Shown here: positions 19,446 through 29,399 of the stretch, in pieces
How the letters are laid out: each line of letters begins with the position of its first letter
How positions within the stretch are numbered: position 1 is the stretch's first letter
DNA from: Betaproteobacteria bacterium
Lineage (GTDB): Bacteria; Pseudomonadota; Gammaproteobacteria; Burkholderiales; SG8-39
Assembly (NCBI GenBank): GCA_009693235.1
Contig: SHXR01000014.1
Location: forward strand, 3,152 to 67,151
Length of the DNA: 64,000 nt
Direction: 5' to 3'
Notes under the pieces: model-generated
The model's database searches: none
Told to the model about the DNA's origin: nothing
Seen by the model: only the letters and a program-made list of their open reading frames with translations
Position numbers and translations under genes: made by a program

Positions 19446-20426
19446 TTGGACACATCCTGGGATGCCACGTTCGTGTTCATCGGATCCATCGCTCGTTCCA
19501 TCGCCACTTGGCTGATCGTGGTCGCATCGTTTTGCGTGAGCAAGGCGGGGATAGCGGCCGAGCCTGCTGGTCAAGTCCTCTGGCTGCACGGGCCGGTAAT
19601 GATCATCGACGTGAATGGCAACACCCGAACAGCCACCATCAACGATCCGATTGAGGAAGGCGAAACCATTCGCACCGGCGCAGACGGCCTCGTCCAGATT
19701 CGCTTCATCGATGGCGGCGTGGTGTTCTTGCGCACCGCCACCGCGCTGCAGCTTGAACGCTATAGCTTCCTCACAGGCAGTCGCGAAGAGGGCGCCATCT
19801 TCATGCGGTTGGTGCAAGGCGGCGTGCGTTCGGTGACAGGTCTGATCGCCAAGACCAATCCTGATAGTTACATGCTGGAAACGCCGACCGCACTGCTGGG
19901 CGTACGCGACACCGATCATGAAACCTACTACGTCCCACCCAATTCGATTGGGGCCGCCGTGTCACCGGGAATCTACGAGTTTGTTCATGCAGGCGCGACC
20001 GTAATGCAAGGCTCAACGCAAGCGATTGAACTCGAAACGGGACAGGTGGGTTACGCGGGGATCGCCGCACTGCGACCCGAGCCGCTAGAGGGATTGCCGC
20101 CCATCTATCGGCCCCCGGCCGAGGCAGTGGCAATCATGGCTTCGCCCGAAGCCAAGCGCGCGGCACACCAAAGAATCACCGCGGTGCTCGCCCATCCGCC
20201 AGACCACACTTCAGGCGTTGAGCCTTGGGAGCGCACACCACCGCGCACAGTGCTTCCCGCGATCAACACGCAGTTCACCCTGCCCTGGATCGCCCCCCCC
20301 CGGCAACATCGAATCGCTCGCCCTATCACCCAACTTGCCGGACTGGGTCCTGGTCGATGCGCCCCTTACGGATGTCACCCCGGCTCGCTCACCCATCCCG
20401 CGTCGCGGCCCCTGCAGACGCGCTAG
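19446..20426 (+). CDS. FecR-domain protein (start and C-terminus uncertain)
   Basis: GETIRTGADGLVQIRFIDGGVVFLRTATALQLERY resembles a FecR domain, and an N-terminal hydrophobic segment is present. The Pro-rich C-terminus follows a C9 run, so its frame is doubtful. Confidence 0.45.
   Translation: MDTSWDATFVFIGSIARSIATWLIVVASFCVSKAGIAAEPAGQVLWLHGPVMIIDVNGNTRTATINDPIEEGETIRTGADGLVQIRFIDGGVVFLRTATALQLERYSFLTGSREEGAIFMRLVQGGVRSVTGLIAKTNPDSYMLETPTALLGVRDTDHETYYVPPNSIGAAVSPGIYEFVHAGATVMQGSTQAIELETGQVGYAGIAALRPEPLEGLPPIYRPPAEAVAIMASPEAKRAAHQRITAVLAHPPDHTSGVEPWERTPPRTVLPAINTQFTLPWIAPPRQHRIARPITQLAGLGPGRCAPYGCHPGSLTHPASRPLQTR
20293..20301. repeat. C9 homopolymer tract
   Basis: Counted directly: cgCCCCCCCCCgg at 20293-20301, inside the FecR-like ORF. 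Confidence 0.95.
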
Positions 20427-20519
20427 CCCCCCGCGCCCACGCATCCACGCGTTGTCGGGCACACTTCACGCTTTATTCGCAGATCGTCATGCGTGCATCG
20501 TTCAGCGCACGCTGTACCC

Positions 20520-21182
20520 ATGTCCAATCCATCCATTCGCGCCGTCCTGTGGGATTTTGGCGGTGTCATCACCGAGAGCCCGTTTGAGGCATTTCGCCGC
20601 TTCGAGGAGGCCCGCGGCCTGCCGACGGACTTCATTCGCACGATCAATACGATCAATGCCGACAGCAACGCATGGGCACGCTTCGAGCGGAGCGAACTAT
20701 CACTCGATGAGTTTGACCGCGCATTCGAGGCGGAGTCCAAGACAGCGGGCCATGCGTTGCGCGGTTCGGAGATTGCCCCGCTACTCTATGGCGCCGTAAG
20801 ACCCACCATGGTGGCGGCGCTCAAGCAATGCAAACGCCATTTCAAGAACGCCTGCCTCACCAATAACGTCATCACCAACACGCGTCACGGACCCCCCACC
20901 ACCGAGGACCGCGCAGCCGAGGTCATGAACGTCCTCGCGTTATTCGATGCGGTGGTCGAATCGAGCAAAATCGGCGCTCGCAAACCCGAACGCCGATTTT
21001 ATGAAATCGCCTTGCAGCACCTTGGCATCCGTGCAGAAGAAGCTGTCTTCCTCGATGATCTCGGGATCAATCTCAAACCGGCGCGCGCCATGGGCATGGC
21101 GACCATCAAAGTCATCGACCCGGACGCAGCCCTGCAAGAACTTGAAACCCTCCTTCGCATTCCCTTATGGACCCCAGCATGA
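20520..21182 (+). CDS. HAD-superfamily hydrolase (subfamily IA)
   Basis: ATG at 20520 gives MSNPSIRAVLWDFGGVI (DxG/DxD-type motif I) and a late FLDDLGINL motif. Confidence 0.75.
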   Translation: MSNPSIRAVLWDFGGVITESPFEAFRRFEEARGLPTDFIRTINTINADSNAWARFERSELSLDEFDRAFEAESKTAGHALRGSEIAPLLYGAVRPTMVAALKQCKRHFKNACLTNNVITNTRHGPPTTEDRAAEVMNVLALFDAVVESSKIGARKPERRFYEIALQHLGIRAEEAVFLDDLGINLKPARAMGMATIKVIDPDAALQELETLLRIPLWTPA

Positions 21183-22126
21183 GCGACCAACCTGAAGCAC
21201 TGATCATCTTCCCGTTCATTCAGCAATGGCATGCTGAGCTAGCGACCGAATTCACTATTCACTACCCAGCGCCGGACCAGCTCGATGCGTTCATCGACGC
21301 CCATGGCAAACGCGTATCGGTATTGCTCACCAACGGAACATCGGGTGCCAGCGCATCGCAAATGGATCGCATGCCCGGTCTTCGCATCATCGGTTGCTTC
21401 TCCACAGGCTACGAGAATATCGATCTCGCCGCGGCCGAGGCGCGGGGCATTCCGGTGGCGATCGGCGTCGGCGTGAATGCCGCATCGGTGGCCGACCTTG
21501 CTTTTGGCTTGATGATCGGCGTGGTGCGCAACATGTTTCCGCGTGAACGGGCGACGCGGCAAGGCGGCTGGGCCGGACTCAATGGCCTGATCCGGACCGT
21601 CAGCAACCGCCGCTTGGGCTTGCTGGGCTTTGGACACATCGGCAAAGCGATCGCCAAGCGCGCCTCAGCATTCGACATGGAAATCGCCTATCACAAGCCA
21701 TCCCGCGCGACGGACGTCACCTATCAGTACTTCCCTCGCCTGGAAGCGCTCGCCGAATGGTGCGACATTCTGATGGTCTGCTGCCCAGGCGGTGAAGCCA
21801 CCCGCAACCTCGTCGATGCAAAGGTGCTTGCAGCGCTCGGGCGGGAGAGCTACATCGTCAATATCGCGCGCGGCACGATCATCGATACCGACGCGCTGAT
21901 CAAGGCCCTTCGTGCCGGCACCATAGCCGGGGCGGGCCTCGATGTGTTTCCCAACGAGCCGCATGTGCCGCCCGAACTCTATGCGTTCGACAACGTGGTG
22001 TTGTCGCCCCATGTGGCCGGCTTCACCATCGAATCGTTTCGCGGCGCGTTCGAGCTGCTCCGCGACAATGTGCGCGCGCAATTGTCGGGCCGGCCACTCC
22101 TCACGCCAGTCCGGTCACGCAAATAG
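21179..22126 (+). CDS. D-isomer specific 2-hydroxyacid dehydrogenase (glyoxylate/hydroxypyruvate reductase-like)
   Basis: NAD motif GLLGFGHIGKAIA, NIARG, and GAGLDVF...SPHVAG. ATGA overlap with the HAD gene. Confidence 0.85.
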   Translation: MSDQPEALIIFPFIQQWHAELATEFTIHYPAPDQLDAFIDAHGKRVSVLLTNGTSGASASQMDRMPGLRIIGCFSTGYENIDLAAAEARGIPVAIGVGVNAASVADLAFGLMIGVVRNMFPRERATRQGGWAGLNGLIRTVSNRRLGLLGFGHIGKAIAKRASAFDMEIAYHKPSRATDVTYQYFPRLEALAEWCDILMVCCPGGEATRNLVDAKVLAALGRESYIVNIARGTIIDTDALIKALRAGTIAGAGLDVFPNEPHVPPELYAFDNVVLSPHVAGFTIESFRGAFELLRDNVRAQLSGRPLLTPVRSRK

Positions 22127-22134
22127 GGGGCACC

Positions 22135-22569
22135 ATGTTCCGCGGCAAAGGCTACAACCAGACGACCGTGGGTGAAACGTTCGAAACCTCGCTCACCGTC
22201 ACGGAAACGCATCTCGTATTGGGTTCCGGTCTATTCGGTGACTTCAATCCGCTGCATGTCAATGAAACCTTCGCCAAGCAATCACGCTTTGGCGGTCGCA
22301 TCCTACACGGTCCATTCACCAGCGCACTGGTCGCCGCGCCGGTCGGCAACTTCTTTCATTCAACCGCGATCGCCTACCTCGAACACGCCTGCAAATTCGT
22401 CGCACCGGTGCGGATCGGCGATACATTGACGACGTGTTGGACCATCACTGAACGTATCGACAAGCCCAAACAAAACGGCGGCATCGCGGTGCTGTCGGGC
22501 CGCTGCACCAATCAGCACGACATCGTCGTCGTTACCGCCAACGGGAAGATTCTGGTGGCGAATGCTTGA
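22135..22569 (+). CDS. MaoC-like (R)-specific enoyl-CoA hydratase/dehydratase
   Basis: Hot-dog fold signature GDFNPLHVNETFAKQSRFGGRILHG. Confidence 0.8.
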   Translation: MFRGKGYNQTTVGETFETSLTVTETHLVLGSGLFGDFNPLHVNETFAKQSRFGGRILHGPFTSALVAAPVGNFFHSTAIAYLEHACKFVAPVRIGDTLTTCWTITERIDKPKQNGGIAVLSGRCTNQHDIVVVTANGKILVANA

Positions 22570-24201
22570 TCAGCGACCCCGTTCCCTGAGAATCCGTCGC
22601 TGTACTTTTCCGGTCGTCGTCATCGGCAGGCTGTCGACGAATTCGATTTCCTTCGGATATTCATAGGGCGCGAGCTTGCCCCGCACATGCGCCTGCAAGG
22701 TTTGGACCAACTCCTGTGTGCCGGCAACGCCTTGCTGCAGCACGATGAACGCCTTCACGATGTTGGTGCGTTCTGCATCCGGCTTACCGATCACCGCCGC
22801 ATTGGCGACGCTTGCATGTTGCAGGAGACAGCTTTCAATTTCGGCGGGACCGATCCGATAACCGGCACTCTTGATCACGTCATCTGTCCGGCCCTGATAC
22901 CAAAGGTAGCCGTCCTCATCGCGTGACGCCATGTCACCGGTACAACCCCAGTCGCCGATGAATTTTTTCTCGGTGGCCTTCGCATCGCCCCAGTAGCCAA
23001 GAAAAAAGACCGGATCGGCGACACCATGGATGTCGGTTCGCCGCACCGCGACCTCACCCGCCTCGCCCGCCGGCAGCTCATTGCCTTGATCGTCGATGAT
23101 GGCGACGCGATGGCCCGGATAGGGACGTCCCATCGATCCACTTTTCGCCGGCCACAGGGTATGCGAATTGCCGACGATGTAGTTGATCTCGGTCTGGCCA
23201 AACATCTCGTTGATCGTGACGCCAAGCGCTTGCCAGGCCCAGTCGAAGACGGTGCTGCCGACTGACTCGCCCGCGCTCATGATCGAGCGGAGCGATAAAT
23301 CAAACCGGGCACAAGGCTCCGGATAGGCCTTCATCATCATCTTGAGGGCGGTCGGAAAGAGAAACGTATTGCGCACCGCGTATTTTTCCAACAGATAGAA
23401 CGCACGATCGGCATCGAAGCGGCCGCGAAATCCAAGGATCGGCAGTCCGAAATACATGGTGGGAATCAACGCATCCATCAATCCGCCGGTCCATGCCCAA
23501 TCGGCCGGCGACCAGAACATATCGCCTGGTTGTGGAAACAAATCGTGGCTATGGATGAAGCCAGACAGATTCCCAAGGATCACCCGATGCGGTTTCAACG
23601 CCCCTTTGGGTGGGCCGGTCGTGCCGCTGGTGTAGACCAGCAGCGCGGCCTCCTCAGCGGCCGTGTCGATCGACGTGAAGCGACGCGAAGCCTTCGCAAG
23701 CAGCGTGCCCCACTCCGCAACGTCGGTTTCCCTGGCGCCCGCGACACCGATGATGTGTCTGAGCGTCGGCAATTCACGTCGCACCGGCAGCAGGTTCGGT
23801 AACGATGCGGGATCAACGATGGCCACCTTCGTGCCGCTGTCCTGTAACCGATATTGCAGCGCATCCGGACCGAAGAGAATCGACAGTGGCATCGCAATCG
23901 CGCCCATCTGATAACAGGCAATATGAGCCACCACTGTCTCCGGACGCTGCGCGAGGATGATCGCGACGCGATCGCCACGCTCTACACCGAGCGCGGTGAG
24001 CGTATTGGATAGGCGATTGGCGTCTTGTTGCAGGTCCCAGTAGGTGTGTGCGCTGGTGGCACCGCTCTCGTCTTCCCAGTACAGCGCGAAGCGATGACGA
24101 TCCTCCGCATAGCGACCACAGCAGGCGGCACCCATATTGAAGCGGGCCGGTACCTGCCACTGCCACGAACGGTAGATCTCATCGTATCGGTCGCTCGCCA
24201 T
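22570..24201 (-). CDS. AMP-dependent acyl-CoA synthetase/ligase
   Basis: YTSGTTGPPKG, TGD and TGKVQRR motifs. Start chosen at MASDRYDEIY (24201). Its stop abuts the MaoC stop (TGATCA). Confidence 0.85.
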   Translation of the reverse strand: MASDRYDEIYRSWQWQVPARFNMGAACCGRYAEDRHRFALYWEDESGATSAHTYWDLQQDANRLSNTLTALGVERGDRVAIILAQRPETVVAHIACYQMGAIAMPLSILFGPDALQYRLQDSGTKVAIVDPASLPNLLPVRRELPTLRHIIGVAGARETDVAEWGTLLAKASRRFTSIDTAAEEAALLVYTSGTTGPPKGALKPHRVILGNLSGFIHSHDLFPQPGDMFWSPADWAWTGGLMDALIPTMYFGLPILGFRGRFDADRAFYLLEKYAVRNTFLFPTALKMMMKAYPEPCARFDLSLRSIMSAGESVGSTVFDWAWQALGVTINEMFGQTEINYIVGNSHTLWPAKSGSMGRPYPGHRVAIIDDQGNELPAGEAGEVAVRRTDIHGVADPVFFLGYWGDAKATEKKFIGDWGCTGDMASRDEDGYLWYQGRTDDVIKSAGYRIGPAEIESCLLQHASVANAAVIGKPDAERTNIVKAFIVLQQGVAGTQELVQTLQAHVRGKLAPYEYPKEIEFVDSLPMTTTGKVQRRILRERGR

Positions 24202-24266
24202 ACCAGTCCCTTCGGAAATCAAACGTGTCACAATGAGCATTATAGTAAGCGCGCATTGGAGAAGTC

Positions 24267-24938
24267 ATGGTGCCCAAGCTGAACGCGATGGTCTTCGACG
24301 CCTACGGAACCTTGTACGATGTCCATTCCGTCATCGCCCAATGCAACGCAGTCTGGACCGAGCGAGGGCAAGCGGTCTCGCAGCTCTGGCGAGCCAAGCA
24401 ACTCGAATGGACCTGGCAGCGTTCGCTGATGGGCCGCTATGTTGATTTTCGCGAACTGACGCTGGCCGCGCTTCGCTACACCACCGAAGCACTCAAGTTA
24501 CCCTGCAGCGACGATACCGCCCTGCGGCTGCTCAAGGCGTACGAGCATCTCGAACCGTTCCCGGAAGCGCGCGATGCTTTGGAAGCACTGCGCCCGGTGA
24601 CGATGGCCATTCTTTCCAATGGCTCTCCCAATCTATTGGAGCCGCTGGTGACCAATAGCGGACTCGATCGCTGGATCACCGATGTCATCAGCGTGGATGC
24701 CTTGCGCGTGTACAAGCCGACGCCGCGGGTCTATCAGCTGGCGGTCGATCGACTGGAACTGCCACCGGAAGAAATCGGCTTCGTGTCATCTAATTGCTGG
24801 GATGCGTGTGGCGCAAAGGCGTTTGGCTTCCATGTCTTCTGGATCAATCGCACCGGCGCACCGGTCGATGCGCTTGGCGCGCCGCCGGACCACATCATGC
24901 ATTCGCTCGCAGAATTGCCGAGGTTGATTTCGCGCTAG
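24267..24938 (+). CDS. haloacid dehalogenase type II (L-2-haloacid dehalogenase family)
   Basis: MVFDAYGTLYDV nucleophile motif, RAKQLEWTWQRSLMGRY, ILSNGSP, and SSNCWDACGAKAFGF. Confidence 0.85.
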   Translation: MVPKLNAMVFDAYGTLYDVHSVIAQCNAVWTERGQAVSQLWRAKQLEWTWQRSLMGRYVDFRELTLAALRYTTEALKLPCSDDTALRLLKAYEHLEPFPEARDALEALRPVTMAILSNGSPNLLEPLVTNSGLDRWITDVISVDALRVYKPTPRVYQLAVDRLELPPEEIGFVSSNCWDACGAKAFGFHVFWINRTGAPVDALGAPPDHIMHSLAELPRLISR

Positions 24939-26143
24939 TTGAGTTGCACATGCAAGCCCCAAGGCACCTTGCCATTGTCTTTGACGAGCCATAGCACCGG
25001 ATAGGCGGGCGCATGGTCAGGGAACTCGCCCAGCGCATCGGTGAAATAGAGCAACGCATCGGGCCGGATGCCGGCGCGATGCACCCAATCAAAGACCGGA
25101 CCGAAGCGGGTTGACCCACCGCCTGCCAGATCATGCGGCAATTCGAGTCGATCCCAGGGCTCAAAGATCCATGGCGCGCCCGGCACGATTGCCGAATCAC
25201 AGCCGAGCAGAATCACGCGCGCCGACAACTGGCCCTTCAACGCATCGATCTCTTGCAGGAATTGATGCAAGTCGTCCCGCTCCACTGAACCGCTGGTATC
25301 GAGCGCAACGACCAGGTTCGCTTGGGTACTTGCCAGCCCAGGCAGGATCGCCTCACCACCGCGGCGACTGGGACGCTGAAAACTATAGTCGTCGCGCGCC
25401 ATGCTAACCAGAAAGCGCGCAAGCAATGCACGCCACGGCAAGCGTGGCTGCATCGTTGCCGCCATGATCGCTCGCCAAGGTGCGCCCAGGCGCCCGGCCG
25501 CAAGCGCCGCATGTGCGCTCGCTACCAGGCGATCGTCCCAGGTTGCGGCGATTGCGGTGCTGGTCATCGGTACCCGCATCGCTAATTCATCGACGCCATC
25601 ACGATGGCCGGCCAGAAACTCAGCTGTGGTGTCCGGGTAATCGGGCGTGTCGTGGCGAGCACCGGCGATCTGCAATGCCATGCCATCGCTGCCGCCAAAC
25701 CAGTGTTCATCGAATCCTTGGTGCGATGCCCCGTCATCGAGAAGCGGATAGATCTCTTCAGCGGATAGACCGCGAAACCGTACCGCCTGGCTTACCGTCG
25801 CGGGCGGGGTCATGCCATCATCCAACAACATCTGATTGACCGCGTGATCGCAGGCGGCGTCCCAACGCGCGATCAAACGCGAGCCGCGGCGCGTGAAGTG
25901 ATTGAGCGCGCAATGCAACGCTTGATGCGCCAACACGAATTGCGTCTCGGCCAGACTCAGTTCGCCAAGAAACTGCGCGTTGTAGTAAATGACCCTGGCA
26001 TCGGTCGCCACACCACGACAGCGGGTGTCGGGCACGATCGGCAAATGCGCGACGAGCGCACCAAGAAACGGACGCTCCATCATCAGCCGCGTGCGGGCGA
26101 TAGCGATCTTTTGTCCGATGGCATCCACCGGTCGCGCGCTCAC
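24935..26143 (-). CDS. VWA-domain protein with N-terminal DUF2201-type putative metallopeptidase domain
   Basis: N-terminal RLMMERPFLGALV...FVLAHQALHCALNH (peptidase-like motif with Q in place of E). C-terminal MIDAS VVALDTSGS. Proposed GTG start at 26143, just after the ATPase stop; 26233 is an alternative. Confidence 0.7.
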   Translation of the reverse strand: MSARPVDAIGQKIAIARTRLMMERPFLGALVAHLPIVPDTRCRGVATDARVIYYNAQFLGELSLAETQFVLAHQALHCALNHFTRRGSRLIARWDAACDHAVNQMLLDDGMTPPATVSQAVRFRGLSAEEIYPLLDDGASHQGFDEHWFGGSDGMALQIAGARHDTPDYPDTTAEFLAGHRDGVDELAMRVPMTSTAIAATWDDRLVASAHAALAAGRLGAPWRAIMAATMQPRLPWRALLARFLVSMARDDYSFQRPSRRGGEAILPGLASTQANLVVALDTSGSVERDDLHQFLQEIDALKGQLSARVILLGCDSAIVPGAPWIFEPWDRLELPHDLAGGGSTRFGPVFDWVHRAGIRPDALLYFTDALGEFPDHAPAYPVLWLVKDNGKVPWGLHVQLN

Positions 26144-26150
26144 GATGCAC

Positions 26151-27194
26151 TCAATCGCGAGCGAACGAGACGAGATCTTGCACTTCCGCCGCCCATTCGC
26201 CAAATTCCGGAATGTCGTAGAACGGCCGCCCATGGATCCGGTGCAGATCAGTCACCAACATCACACCGATTTCGCGATGCTTGAACTGGCGGGCCAGCGT
26301 GAGTGCGCGGCCGAGCACGCCACGCCGGTCGCTGCTTGCCAGACGGGCCACATGCCGCGCGAGCGATGTCGCAAAAGCATATTCGAGTTCGACGGTAGCC
26401 GGAACTTGCACCGGGTCGCCCGCCAACGCGCGGGCGGGATCGGGCAACACGTCGAGATGATGCAGATACGCCGCTAAGGCGGCGGCCGCATTCGAGCCGA
26501 CACTGCCCTTGATGCTTTCGCGAAGCAGACTGGGTACGTCGTGAAATTTCTTGAGCGCACGATCGGCGTATTCCCATGACCTGGGCGATGGAAAGGCCGC
26601 GGACTGGCGCTCCGGGTCGAACTGAAAGAGCAGATCCGGACGAAATCGCACGAACGCGATCAAACGAGGATCGATGCCGGCATCGAATGCCCAGATCACC
26701 CAATCGTCGACATCCGGCTCGATTTCGTAGTGCACGAAGCGATTGGCAAGCGGCGCAGACATTGCGTACGTCACACCGCGATCGCCATGACGATTGCCGG
26801 CGGCGAAAATCAGCCAGCCAGGCGGCACCCGATACTCGCCCAGCCGGCGATCGAGAATCAATTGATATGCCGCAGCAGTTACAGTGGGCACGGCCGAGGT
26901 AATCTCATCGAGAAATAGGATGCCCCGCTCGCCATGCCGTTCGCGATCAGGCAGCAAACCGGGGACCGCCCAGACCACGTTTTTGCCGTCGCGAAACGGG
27001 ATGCCACGCAGATCGGTGGGCTCCATCTGCGCCAATCGAAGATCTATGAGGCCAAGGCCTGCTTGCCCCGCCGCCGCCGCGACCATGCACGACTTACCAA
27101 CGCCAGGCGGCCCCCAGATCATGATGGGCGCGTGCGCGCCGGGGGGACTGGCGATCTCGCGCTCGATGACGCGCATCAATTCGTTGGGACGCAT
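26151..27194 (-). CDS. MoxR-like AAA+ ATPase (AAA_5 type)
   Basis: Walker A GPPGVGKS and Walker B ILFLDEI. Start chosen at MRPNELM (27194). Confidence 0.8.
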   Translation of the reverse strand: MRPNELMRVIEREIASPPGAHAPIMIWGPPGVGKSCMVAAAAGQAGLGLIDLRLAQMEPTDLRGIPFRDGKNVVWAVPGLLPDRERHGERGILFLDEITSAVPTVTAAAYQLILDRRLGEYRVPPGWLIFAAGNRHGDRGVTYAMSAPLANRFVHYEIEPDVDDWVIWAFDAGIDPRLIAFVRFRPDLLFQFDPERQSAAFPSPRSWEYADRALKKFHDVPSLLRESIKGSVGSNAAAALAAYLHHLDVLPDPARALAGDPVQVPATVELEYAFATSLARHVARLASSDRRGVLGRALTLARQFKHREIGVMLVTDLHRIHGRPFYDIPEFGEWAAEVQDLVSFARD

Positions 27195-27379
27195 CAGTGA
27201 GCACTTTGCGATCAGGATGGTGGAGCCGCAAAATGGTAGCACGCGAGGTGCGTTTGGCCTTGCGTACCGAAGCACGCTAAGATTGCACAATAGCTACCGA
27301 AGGTGTCTTGCCGTTGCAGCACTCAGCGTTCCCCACCGCCACATTCCCCAACATCCAGCGCACCCTTTCAACCTAGTCG

Positions 27380-27931
27380 ATGAACTTCTGCTCGAGTTGC
27401 GGTCAGCGCGTTGCCCTGCAAATCCCCGATGGCGATAACCGGCATCGTTATGTGTGCGGCGCCTGCAGCATCATTCACTACCAGAATCCGAAGATGGTGG
27501 TGGGCGCCATTCCGGAATGGGGTAGCAAGATTCTCTTGTGCCGGCGCGCCATCGAGCCCCGCCATGGCAAGTGGACCCTGCCTGCCGGCTTCATGGAAAA
27601 CGGCGAATCCACCGCCGAGGCGGCCGCCCGTGAAACCCTCGAAGAAGCCAATGCACGGGTCGAAATGGGGCCGATCTTCTCGGTCATCTCAGTTCCGCAT
27701 GTCGATCAGGTCCATATTTTCTATCGGGCACGCCTCCTCGATCTCAATTTTTCACCGGGCACCGAAAGCCTCGAAGTCGAGCTATTCGAGGAACAAGACA
27801 TTCCGTGGCGTGAAGTCGCCTTTCGCACCGTGACCACCACGCTGGAACGCTACTTTCACGATCGCGGCCAGGGCACTTTCCAGTGCCATACCGACGCAAT
27901 TCTGCCGGTCCGACCGACCGGGAAGGTGTGA
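27380..27931 (+). CDS. NUDIX hydrolase with N-terminal zinc ribbon
   Basis: CSSCG...CGAC ribbon. Nudix box GFMENGESTAEAAARETLEEANA. Confidence 0.85.
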   Translation: MNFCSSCGQRVALQIPDGDNRHRYVCGACSIIHYQNPKMVVGAIPEWGSKILLCRRAIEPRHGKWTLPAGFMENGESTAEAAARETLEEANARVEMGPIFSVISVPHVDQVHIFYRARLLDLNFSPGTESLEVELFEEQDIPWREVAFRTVTTTLERYFHDRGQGTFQCHTDAILPVRPTGKV

Positions 27932-28629
27932 ACCGGCGGGATTTCATCCGGCTCTCCGCGACCGGCTGCGCGGTGGCCAACATCGCCGAGCTGTCCGCGC
28001 GCCCGCATGGGGGCATCAAGCGCTATGAACGTGCGCAGCTGGTCGATCCATTTGGCTCGCCGATCCGGCCCTCGCAACTGGTGGTCGATCGCGCCTACAT
28101 CTTTCACTATCCGTTCGCCGGTACGCCCTGTTTTTTGCTCAATCTTGGACGTCCGGTACGCGGTGCCGATCCGTTTCGCACCGCTGACGATCGCACCTAT
28201 CAATGGGAAGGCGGTGTTGGGCCGCAACAGTCCGTGGTCGTCTATTCGGTGATCTGCGCCCATCGACTCAACTATCCAACCCGCGAAATCAGTTTCATCA
28301 ACTATCGCGTCGAGGCCTCACCGCGTACCAAGACGGCGAAGGTCATTCATTGTTGTTCCGAGCATAGCCAATACGACCCGGCCGCCGGGGCGCGCGTGCT
28401 GTCGGGACCGGCACCGCAGCCCCTTGCCGCGATTGCACTCGATTTCGACCGCACCACCGATACGGTCTTCGCGACGGGGACTCTGGGCGGGGAGCTGTTT
28501 GATGAATTCTTTGCAAAATTTGCGTTTAAGCTGGCCCTCGAACACGGTAGTGAGGCACGATCAGCCATTGCACGGACCGCTGTGGTCCGCGAGCTCACGC
28601 AATACTGCAAGCAACAGGTAAAGTGTTGA
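27928..28629 (+). CDS. Tat-exported Rieske [2Fe-2S] domain protein
   Basis: GTG at 27928 gives VNRRDFIRLSATG (twin-arginine signal). Rieske ligands ICAHRL...CCSEHSQYD. GTGA overlap with the NUDIX stop. Confidence 0.65.
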   Translation: MNRRDFIRLSATGCAVANIAELSARPHGGIKRYERAQLVDPFGSPIRPSQLVVDRAYIFHYPFAGTPCFLLNLGRPVRGADPFRTADDRTYQWEGGVGPQQSVVVYSVICAHRLNYPTREISFINYRVEASPRTKTAKVIHCCSEHSQYDPAAGARVLSGPAPQPLAAIALDFDRTTDTVFATGTLGGELFDEFFAKFAFKLALEHGSEARSAIARTAVVRELTQYCKQQVKC

Positions 28630-28652
28630 ACGCTATCTCTCAGTAGCCGTCG

Positions 28653-29378
28653 ATGATCCCTTGGCTCAATCGCGACACGCCGTTTCCTCCCCACGAGTAC
28701 GCCATGCGCCAGCCGAATGGCCTGCTTTGTGTCGGCGGTGATCTGTCGCCTGATCGCCTGCTGGAAGGCTACCGGCGGGGCATTTTCCCGTGGTTTTCGG
28801 AAGGCGATCCGATCCTCTGGTGGAGCCCTGACCCGCGCATGGTCATGCTTACCGCCGAGCTTCGCATTACCCGATCGCTCGCCAAAGTGCTGCGCAACCG
28901 CCCCTATGAGGTCCGCTTCGACACCGCCTTCGACGCGGTCATGCGCGCTTGCGCCGCACCACGGTCCGGCCAGACCGGCACCTGGATTACCGACGATATC
29001 CGCGCCGCCTACGGTACCTTGCACCACTTGGGCTATGCCCATTCGATCGAAACATGGATCGACGGCGAGCTGGCCGGCGGTCTCTATGGCGTGGCACTCG
29101 GCAACATGTTCTTCGGCGAATCCATGTTCATGCGCGTCCGCGACGCCTCGAAAATCGCCTTTGTGCATCTCGTCGAATTTCTGGCCAAGCGGGGCTGCAC
29201 GATGATCGATTGCCAGATGCATACCGACCATCTGGCATCGCTTGGCGCCCGGGAAATCCGGCGTGCCGCATTCCTGCGGCATGTCAAAGAGTTGGTAGAC
29301 TCGCAGGCGCCGCCCGGTCGTTGGGACAGTTATTCCCCCAATCAACCGATCGGCGTTCAATCTGAGGGTGCGTGCTAA
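28653..29378 (+). CDS. aat: leucyl/phenylalanyl-tRNA--protein transferase
   Basis: PNGLLCVGGDLSPDRLLEGYRRGIFPWFSEGDPILWWSPDPR and GESMF motifs. Confidence 0.9.
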   Translation: MIPWLNRDTPFPPHEYAMRQPNGLLCVGGDLSPDRLLEGYRRGIFPWFSEGDPILWWSPDPRMVMLTAELRITRSLAKVLRNRPYEVRFDTAFDAVMRACAAPRSGQTGTWITDDIRAAYGTLHHLGYAHSIETWIDGELAGGLYGVALGNMFFGESMFMRVRDASKIAFVHLVEFLAKRGCTMIDCQMHTDHLASLGAREIRRAAFLRHVKELVDSQAPPGRWDSYSPNQPIGVQSEGAC

Positions 29379-29399
29379 TCAACCGCCGTCCGGCCGCCG

